Assembly: GCA_965215355.1 (NCBI GenBank)
Contig: CBDCDJ010000007.1
Span: 2,570,285 to 2,634,284 of the forward strand
Length of the DNA: 64,000 bases
Origin: Trueperaceae bacterium
GTDB taxonomy: Bacteria > Deinococcota > Deinococci > Deinococcales > Trueperaceae
Reading direction: 5' to 3'
Position numbers and translations under genes: made by a program. Shown one piece after another: positions 57,524 to 64,000 of this stretch. The notes under the pieces are model-generated. The model was given only the letters and a program-made list of their open reading frames with translations, made no database searches and had not been told where the DNA came from. Numbering within the stretch: the stretch's first letter is position 1; the number at the start of each line of letters is the position of its first letter.

Positions 57524-58429
57524 CTACTGGCCGAGCTTCGTCAGGCCTTCTTCGTACACGCTGTCGTCGAGAAGCGCGTAGCCGGTGTCGGCGATGATTT
57601 CGCGGTTGTCGGCGTTCAGGTAAAACTCGACGAAGTCGCGGACGTTTTGATTTTCGGCCATCGCCCGGTCGGACACGTAAATGAAGAGCGGGCGCGACAG
57701 CGGCGTGTAGGTGCCGTTTTCGATGTTCTCGACCGACGGCTCGACGCAGCCCGAACCGCTGTCGATCGCGACGGCTTTCAAACGGTCGGTGTCTTCGGCG
57801 TAGTAGGCGTAGCCCAGGTAGACCATGCCGTAGGGGTCGTTGGTGACGTTTTCGGCCAAAACCTCGTCCTCTTCACTGGGGAAGTAGTCGGTGCGGCTCG
57901 AGCCCGACTCGCCGACGATGGTCTCGGTGAAGTAGTCGAACGTTCCACTGGTCGTCGCCGGGCCGAACAGGTTGATTTGTTCGGCGGGCCAGTCGCTGCG
58001 GACGTCGCTCCAGCTTTGCACCGCGCTGTCGGGTGCCCAGAGCAGGTTGAGTTCTTCGGTCGTCATGCAGTCGGCCCAGTCGTTCTCGGGGTTCACCGCG
58101 ACGGTCAGTGCGTCGTAGGCGACCGAAAGCTCGACGGGCGTGATGCCGTTGGCGGCGCAGGCGTCGATTTCGGACTGTTTGATGGGGCGGCTGGCGTCGT
58201 TGATGTCGGTCTCGCCGTTGCAGAGCAACTCGAAGCCGCCGCCCGTGCCGGTCGACTGCACCGAGATGTCGGTGCCGGTCTCGATGTTGAACTCTTCGGC
58301 CATACCCAGGGTAATCGGGTAGACCGTCGAGGAGCCGGCGACGTTGACGTCTTGGGCCAGGGCCGCGGTCAAGGTGAAAAGAACAAAAGTGGCGAGGACC
58401 AAGGAGAGTTTTTGTGCGGTTGTTTTCAT
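57524..58429 (-). CDS. pstS: Phosphate-binding protein PstS.
   Basis: Signal peptide plus …VNVAGSSTVYPIT…GTGGGF… is a PstS signature. The start is taken at MKTTAQKL. Confidence 0.9.
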   Translation of the reverse strand: MKTTAQKLSLVLATFVLFTLTAALAQDVNVAGSSTVYPITLGMAEEFNIETGTDISVQSTGTGGGFELLCNGETDINDASRPIKQSEIDACAANGITPVELSVAYDALTVAVNPENDWADCMTTEELNLLWAPDSAVQSWSDVRSDWPAEQINLFGPATTSGTFDYFTETIVGESGSSRTDYFPSEEDEVLAENVTNDPYGMVYLGYAYYAEDTDRLKAVAIDSGSGCVEPSVENIENGTYTPLSRPLFIYVSDRAMAENQNVRDFVEFYLNADNREIIADTGYALLDDSVYEEGLTKLGQ

Positions 58430-58458
58430 AGTGCCTCCGAAAAGAAATGTACTCAAAA

Positions 58459-58480
58459 GGTGTCAGGCCTTTGTCAGCTC
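58459..58480 (-). promoter_or_regulatory. Pho-box-like direct repeat CTGACA-N5-CTGACA (11-bp periodicity), about 30 nt upstream of the pstS start.
   Basis: Plus strand tgtcag at 58461-58466 and 58472-58477. On the minus strand this reads cTGACAaaggccTGACAcc, upstream of the pstS RBS (ggagg). Confidence 0.45.
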
Positions 58481-58975
58481 GGGCTTTTGTGGAGGGTTGA
58501 TGAAGACGTTTGCGGCCGGCGTTGCAGCGACGGGTTTTAACGTGCGAGAGGCCGAAGCGGCGACGCCCCGGCCACCTCGAGTCCTACCGCTCTTGCCCCG
58601 CCAGGGTGATTTGCCCGTCCAGCTCGCGGATGGCGGCGTAGACCTCGTCGCTGCTGCCGTGGCCCAGCTCGAGCTAACTGAGCGCGAAGCTGCCGTCCTC
58701 TTGTTGCGCGGCATTGGCGGCGTAGAGCGTGCCCGCGTCACTCTCGGCGTAGGCATTCGTCATTATGAACGGCTATGAACGGCGCTGCCAGACTGTCCAA
58801 CGCCACCATCGGGAAACACGTCCGGCGGCCGCGAGTCCGGGGCTTGCGACGGGTCTTGAGCCAGCACCCCGGTCAAGAACGCGGCCCCCCACCACGCCCA
58901 ACCAAATGACCCCCACCTTCACGCTTACCCCCCTTTCGCTGTTTTGTCAGCGCCTCCAACCCTAACGAGCGGAGT

Positions 58976-59818
58976 TCAGCGCAAGGTCAGGGCGTTGTCA
59001 GGAGGGCTCGAGAGAGCCGTTGCCGGGTCTGCACCCCGCCGCCGCGCGTCGTCCAGCGCCACCGCGTAGCCCACACCCGCCGACAAACCCAAGGGCGGAT
59101 GTCCGACCGCTCTGGCCGCCGCGTCGCCGTAGAGACAGGGCAAAATCACGGCCCACTCGGTCGCATCCTTATAGGGCTCCAGCACCGCGCGGCTGTACGC
59201 TAGGTCGTCCGGCTCGAGCGTGGGCAGCATCCCGGCAAAGTGCAAGGCTCGCCCCTCTTGTTTCAATATGTCCCCTAGCGTGACCGGCAAACCGTAAATC
59301 TTTTTGTAAAGCGTGCGGTAGACCGTGCTCAGGACGGCTTGCTCGAGGGTGGCAGCGTCCCAACGCTCGCTCGTCCAAACAGGCACGAGCGCCCAGCTAT
59401 GCGACAGGTCGTAAGCATTTTTGAAGCGTTGCGTCATGTCGCTCAAATAGCGGTTCGTCCAGCCGCCTTTGAGGTCGTCGGTCAGCACGAGGCCGACTTT
59501 TAAGTTAACGCTCGACAGCGGGCTCCCTAAGTTGTCGAGACGGTTCTGCGCCTCCGCCAACGCTTTGGCGACCACACCTTCGGCGTTCCAAGCGACGAGG
59601 TTGTCGACAAGTTCGGCGACGTGCTCTTTGCCCATCGGGTTCATGTTTGCTAAGGGCGCGACAACGTCGTCCCTACCGCCGGTCATCGCCTCGATGTAGG
59701 CCTTGAAACGCGCCGGACCGCGCGGGATGGCGTGGAGACGTTGCTGGATGTTCAAGAGAGGCAACAGCTCTACGAGCACGGTTTCTCCTCGTTTGGCATG
59801 GCGACCGCGAGGTCGCAC
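58976..59818 (-). CDS. Hypothetical protein.
   Basis: 280-aa ORF; the likely true start is the internal MTGGRDD…. No family recognised. Confidence 0.4.
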   Translation of the reverse strand: MRPRGRHAKRGETVLVELLPLLNIQQRLHAIPRGPARFKAYIEAMTGGRDDVVAPLANMNPMGKEHVAELVDNLVAWNAEGVVAKALAEAQNRLDNLGSPLSSVNLKVGLVLTDDLKGGWTNRYLSDMTQRFKNAYDLSHSWALVPVWTSERWDAATLEQAVLSTVYRTLYKKIYGLPVTLGDILKQEGRALHFAGMLPTLEPDDLAYSRAVLEPYKDATEWAVILPCLYGDAAARAVGHPPLGLSAGVGYAVALDDARRRGADPATALSSPPDNALTLR

Positions 59819-59878
59819 ACCCTTTTCTCCAGGGCGGCTCTACTTCCTAGCACCGGCCTCGTACATCAAGGCGCACAG

Positions 59879-60856
59879 CTACATCTGGATGTTGACCCGC
59901 GCGCCCTCCTCCAACAAATGCACCGCGTCGGAGAAACGCACCACTCGAGAGTGGTAGCCCATCGCCACGGTGTGCGTTCTGGCCCCGTTCTTGAAAAACT
60001 TGACGCCGCGCAGCAGGTCGCCGTCGGTGATGCCGGTCGCGCTGAAGACGATGTTTTTGCCGGGTGCCAAGTCTTCGGTGGTGTAGATTTTTTCGGTCGA
60101 CGCGCCCATCGCCTCCAAGCGCTCTTTCTCGGCGTCGTTTCTGGGCTTGAAGCGGCCCTGAATCTCGCCGCCCAGACACTTCATCGCCGCCGCGGCGAGG
60201 ACGCCCTCGGGCGCGCCGCCGATGCCCATGACCGCGTGGACGTTGGTGCCGCGCACCGCCGCTGAGAGCGCCGCAATCACGTCGCCGTCGCCGATGAGCT
60301 TGACCCGCACGCCGGTCTCGCGCACCTCTTTGATAAGTTGTTCGTGCCGCGGGCGGTCCAAAATCACCACGGTCAGGTCGCTCACGGCGCGGTCCAGACT
60401 CATGGCGACGCCGCGCAGGTTCGCGGCGACCGGCCAGCTCAGGTCGACCTTGCCCGCGGCGGGCGGCCCGACGATGAGCTTTTCCATGTAGGTGTCGGGC
60501 GCTTGGAAAAGCCCGCCCTTCTCGGCGATGGCGATGACCGCGACCGAGTTGTTGACCAGCCTGGCGGTGATGCCGGTGCCCTCGACCGGGTCGACGGCGA
60601 TGTCGACCGCCCAAGCGTCCGGCCCGGCCCGGCCGACCTTTTCACCGATGTAGAGCATCGGCGCTTCGTCGCGCTCGCCCTCGCCGATGACGATTTCGCC
60701 GTCGATGTCGAGTTCGTTCAGGACGCGGCGCATGGCGTCGGTGCCCGCTTGGTCGACAAGGTCCGCGTCACCCTTGCCCGCCACCCGGCTGGCGGCGATG
60801 GCCGCTTGCTCGGTCACGCGCACCGTGTCGAGGACGAGGGCGCGCTCCATGTCCAT
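59879..60856 (-). CDS. glpX: Class II fructose-1,6-bisphosphatase (GlpX type).
   Basis: [22 protein letters not shown]…[15 protein letters not shown]… is canonical GlpX. The ORF-track version is N-terminally extended to 61303. Confidence 0.85.
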   Translation of the reverse strand: MDMERALVLDTVRVTEQAAIAASRVAGKGDADLVDQAGTDAMRRVLNELDIDGEIVIGEGERDEAPMLYIGEKVGRAGPDAWAVDIAVDPVEGTGITARLVNNSVAVIAIAEKGGLFQAPDTYMEKLIVGPPAAGKVDLSWPVAANLRGVAMSLDRAVSDLTVVILDRPRHEQLIKEVRETGVRVKLIGDGDVIAALSAAVRGTNVHAVMGIGGAPEGVLAAAAMKCLGGEIQGRFKPRNDAEKERLEAMGASTEKIYTTEDLAPGKNIVFSATGITDGDLLRGVKFFKNGARTHTVAMGYHSRVVRFSDAVHLLEEGARVNIQM

Positions 60857-61075
60857 GCCGACGCTCTGGCCGGGGATTCGGCTGCTGGGGAGAGATTCGG
60901 CATCCTTGTCACCCATATCGCTTGAGGTGTTCCGTTTTTTAGTCATCGGGTTCATTGTGGCACAGCCGCTCACGGCGGCGGCGTGGTGTACTCGAGCCGT
61001 CACCCGCCACACGCCGCCCCGACGTGCCCTTTCTCGCAAGTCGGGTGAACGAGTCCGGCTAGGATAGCGGGAGGT

Positions 61076-62005
61076 ATGCCCCGGTTTTCCCTCATCATCC
61101 CGACCTACAACCGCGCGGCGCTGCTGGAACGCACCCTCGCCTCGGTCTTTGCGCAAACGTTTCGAGACTTCGAAATCCTCGTCGTCGACGACGGCTCCAC
61201 GGACGAAACGCTCTCGCTGCTTGCAGGGTACGGTGACCGCCTCACCCCGCTGCGCCAGGCCAACCGGGGTCCGGGCAGCGCCCGCAACTTGGGCCTGCGC
61301 CACGCGCAGGGCGAGTACGTGGTGTTTTTAGACAGCGACGACCTGCTGCTGCCTTGGAGCCTGGCCGTGTACGACGAGGTCGCGCGTGAGCACGCCTGCG
61401 CCGTCATCCTGGCTAACCCCGTGAAGTTCCGCACCGAGGAAGTGTTTCTCGCCTCGAGCTGCGAACCCTTGGATGTCGGCGTCTGGCCGGACTACCTCGC
61501 GGCGGCGCACGCCCGCTACCCCATCACCGTGGCGGCGGCCGTCCGCGCGGACGTGTTGCGGGCGAGCGGCGGCTTTTTAGAAAAAAACATCTCTTCGGAA
61601 GACCACGACCTGTTTTTGCGGCTCGGCACCGCGCCGGGCTTCGCGTTCGTCACCGCGCCGGTGATTTACGGCTACCGGCAGCACGAGCAGACCAAAACGA
61701 ACGAGGTCGCGTCTCTGCTAGCAGGCGTCGACTTTGTGCTGACCAGGGACCGGCGCGGCGAGTACGCGGGCGGCACTGCCCGCCGCAAGGAGCGCGACGT
61801 GGTGCTGGCGCGCATGTTCCGCTACGCGGTCAAACGCTGCTTCGAAACCGGGCACAAAACCGACGGTTACAGGTTGTTTTTGAAAAGTTCCCCTTACTAC
61901 CCCAAGGCAGGCCTGTGGCGCGACCTGTACCGGCTGCCCCTGGCCGGGCTCAAGCGGGGGCGCTTTTCCCTTCAGGCCCAGCGCAGTCGGCGCAACTCGA
62001 CGTAG
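61076..62005 (+). CDS. Glycosyltransferase family 2.
   Basis: [26 protein letters not shown]…[10 protein letters not shown]…DSDD are GT2 N-terminal motifs. Confidence 0.85.
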   Translation: MPRFSLIIPTYNRAALLERTLASVFAQTFRDFEILVVDDGSTDETLSLLAGYGDRLTPLRQANRGPGSARNLGLRHAQGEYVVFLDSDDLLLPWSLAVYDEVAREHACAVILANPVKFRTEEVFLASSCEPLDVGVWPDYLAAAHARYPITVAAAVRADVLRASGGFLEKNISSEDHDLFLRLGTAPGFAFVTAPVIYGYRQHEQTKTNEVASLLAGVDFVLTRDRRGEYAGGTARRKERDVVLARMFRYAVKRCFETGHKTDGYRLFLKSSPYYPKAGLWRDLYRLPLAGLKRGRFSLQAQRSRRNST

Positions 62006-62449
62006 AAAGCGCCGCCCCGGGCGAAAATGTCGTCGACGACGGCCGCCTCCGGGTCGAAGGCGACCTGAAAAGTAACGAAGGACTGGGCGAGTTTGCGGCT
62101 CGAGAAAGGTCCGACGACGCAGTCCACTTCACCCCGCCAGTCGCCGGGCGAGACCGGTGCCGTTTGTTCTTGAAGCCAAACCGCCGCTGCGTTGAGACTG
62201 TCCACATCTACCAGTGTCGCCGCGCCTCATGAAACCCGCCCACCCTTTTACTTAGAGACGTGAGTAGACAAGTTCCAAAAGCCGCGTCAGGACACCCTGA
62301 CCAGGTTTTTCTTGAGGATGACACGTGAGCGATTCTAAGGGTTGGGGGCAGTCTTGAACACACTCGTGATTGAAGCTCACACGCCTAAAGAACCCAAAGG
62401 CCGCTACCTGTTCACGCTGGCGCTCGGCGCTAACGTGCGAGAGAGTACT

Positions 62450-62487
62450 GGAGCGGAGGGGAGAAACCCTTGTATCCCCTCCGCTCC
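62450..62487 (-). terminator. 13-bp perfect stem-loop (ggagcggagggga-N12-tcccctccgctcc) immediately 3' of hisIE.
   Basis: Read directly. It begins 4 nt after the hisIE stop on the minus strand and has a weak U-tract. Confidence 0.5.
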
Positions 62488-62490
62488 CTA

Positions 62491-63117
62491 CTAGTTTCGG
62501 TGACGCGCAGCTAAAACGTCCGTCACCTGCTTTAAACTCAGCCCTCGTTCTTTCAGAAGCACCGTGAGGTGGAACATGAGGTCGGCAGCCTCGCTCAGCA
62601 GCTCGTCGTCCTTGCGCTCCAAGGCGGCGACGACGCTCTCCCCCGCTTCCTCGACGACTTTTTGGGCCACGTAACCCAAACCGCGTTCGTGAAGTTTCGT
62701 CACGTATGAACCTTCGGGCAGGGTTGCCAGGCGGTCGCTCACCACGCGCTCGAGCAGCCCCATCACGTCGCCCAGCGAGGGACTCGCCGCTTCCGTCAAA
62801 CTGCGGTAAAAACAACTTTGAGCGCCCGTGTGGCAAGCCGCGCCGGTTTGCAGCACGCGGTAAAGAACGGCGTCGCCGTCGCAGTCATAACGGACCTCGA
62901 CCACGTCTTGAACGTGCCCGCTCGTCGCGCCCTTGCGCCAGAGTTCTCCCCGCGAGCGGCTGAAATAGTGAGCCTGGCGGGTTTGCAGCGTTTTCTCTAC
63001 GGCTTCGCGGGTCGCCCAGGCGAACATCAGCACCTCGCCGCTCGAAGCGTCCTGGGTGATGATGGGAATGAGGCCACGCTCGTCGTAGCTCAAATCTGGA
63101 AGGCTCGAGGCTGTCAT
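62491..63117 (-). CDS. hisIE: Bifunctional phosphoribosyl-AMP cyclohydrolase / phosphoribosyl-ATP pyrophosphatase.
   Basis: N-terminal HisI (…GLIPIITQD…MFAWATREA…[10 protein letters not shown]…) and C-terminal HisE (…[11 protein letters not shown]…) modules. Confidence 0.9.
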   Translation of the reverse strand: MTASSLPDLSYDERGLIPIITQDASSGEVLMFAWATREAVEKTLQTRQAHYFSRSRGELWRKGATSGHVQDVVEVRYDCDGDAVLYRVLQTGAACHTGAQSCFYRSLTEAASPSLGDVMGLLERVVSDRLATLPEGSYVTKLHERGLGYVAQKVVEEAGESVVAALERKDDELLSEAADLMFHLTVLLKERGLSLKQVTDVLAARHRN

Positions 63118-63285
63118 GGCGACCAGTGTAACGCCTCACCCCACAGACGGGCTGTAGACAGCTAAACTTTCAGCGCGAAGGGCAGCGCGAGGAGCGCCGC
63201 GCCGACGACGAGCAGCCAGAACAAGTTGCCGACCGCGTAGGGGTAAAGACTAGAGTGTCGCCCCGCCAGCAGCGGCTCGTGCCGC

Positions 63286-63389
63286 TAGCGCTTTTTGCCG
63301 TACATGAAGTAAGCCGCCCCGACACTGCCCGTGACGAGCCCGACGAGGATTTGGGTCAGCATGGCAAGGACTCGAGGCTTTTCGGCCAT
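63286..63389 (-). CDS. Possible small hydrophobic peptide MAEKPRVLAMLTQILVGLVTGSVGAAYFMYGKKR, followed in frame after TAG by a second TM-like segment.
   Basis: Manual translation of the minus strand. Not in the ORF track because it is under 60 aa. Weak support. Confidence 0.2.
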
Positions 63390-63484
63390 CGGTATTTTGA
63401 AAACATCATGTCCGAATCGTAGCGGAACTTTGCCACCTTGCGGCTCGAACTCACGTTCGGTAGAGAAGCCCCGGTGGCTTCATG

Positions 63485-63985
63485 TCACGACGCGATGACG
63501 AGACGATAAATCAACCCGACGCCCGCACTCACGACCAAGGTGGGAATCATGCCGGTTTTGAAGCGAAACAGCGCGACGAACGCAGCCACGGCGATGAGAA
63601 GCGCCATCACGTCGAGCGTCGCCCAGTCCGGTAGCAACAAGCGCAAGCTGCCGAAGCGCGTCTCGAGCACGGTCGAAAAGACCGCGTTGACGCCGAACCA
63701 AACCGCCAAGTTGAGCACCACCCCGACCACCGCCGCGGTAATCGCAGACAGGGCCGCGGTGAGCGACCGGTTGCCCCGCAGGTGTTCGATAAAGGGCGCG
63801 CCCAAAAAGATGAAGAAAAAACACGGCGCGAACGTCATCCAAGTCGTCAAGACCGAGCCGAGGACGCCCGCCCAAACAGGGTGCAGTCCAACACCCTGCC
63901 GGTAAGCCCCCATAAAGCCCACGAACTGCGTGACTTGGACGAGCGGGCCGGGCGTGGTCTCGGCCATGCCGAGGCCGTCCAGCAT
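63485..63985 (-). CDS. chrA: Chromate transporter (CHR family); C-terminal part, continues beyond the window end.
   Basis: …MAETTPGPLVQVTQFVGFMGAY… and the hydrophobic repeat typical of the ChrA C-terminal half. No start codon lies inside the window. Confidence 0.75.
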   Translation of the reverse strand: MLDGLGMAETTPGPLVQVTQFVGFMGAYRQGVGLHPVWAGVLGSVLTTWMTFAPCFFFIFLGAPFIEHLRGNRSLTAALSAITAAVVGVVLNLAVWFGVNAVFSTVLETRFGSLRLLLPDWATLDVMALLIAVAAFVALFRFKTGMIPTLVVSAGVGLIYRLVIAS

Positions 63986-64000
63986 CTCGCCGGGTTGCAG

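Overview
High-GC (about 65-68%) bacterial chromosomal window. The gene content (MglA/MglB, topoisomerase IB, DinB-family protein, fused MFS/spermidine synthase, flotillin/NfeD) looks Deinococcus-Thermus-like; this is an inference from family content, not a database search. Most of the window is housekeeping and carbohydrate/peptide uptake: a Dpp-type peptide ABC transporter lacking ATPase genes, a LacI-regulated sugar ABC locus with xylose-isomerase-like TIM-barrel and Gfo/Idh/MocA enzymes (the signature of a 3-keto-sugar or anhydrosugar pathway), a galactan-utilisation locus (GH42 plus GH53 plus MalEFG-type transporter), pstSCAB, icd, ndk, hisS, hisIE, glpX and a GGDEF/PAS-LuxR pair. The unusual content sits in two places. 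First, a lower-GC islet at about 10.2-16.9 kb holds an IS200-like tnpA remnant, a small HNH nuclease ORF, a Phd/VapC toxin-antitoxin pair and then a chain of precisely joined truncated gene fragments (permease C-terminus, hydantoinase A, hydantoinase B N-terminus, E1-beta, DUF4143 ATPase C-terminus). Second, a dead IS1-family element at 24.76-25.56 kb has its own left terminal about 125 bp inverted in place, plus a TGG-to-TGA nonsense change and a frameshift. Three otherwise conserved genes carry single-base frameshifts at homopolymer-like sites (outer-membrane barrel near 2880, hydantoinase A near 15085, LD-carboxypeptidase near 28377), which may be sequencing indels rather than biology. I found no CRISPR array, no rRNA and no clear multi-gene defence system. 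One tRNA-Met (CAT anticodon) lies at 35059-35135. Several strong AT-rich perfect palindromes, a 13-G homopolymer and a Pho-box-like direct repeat are noted.
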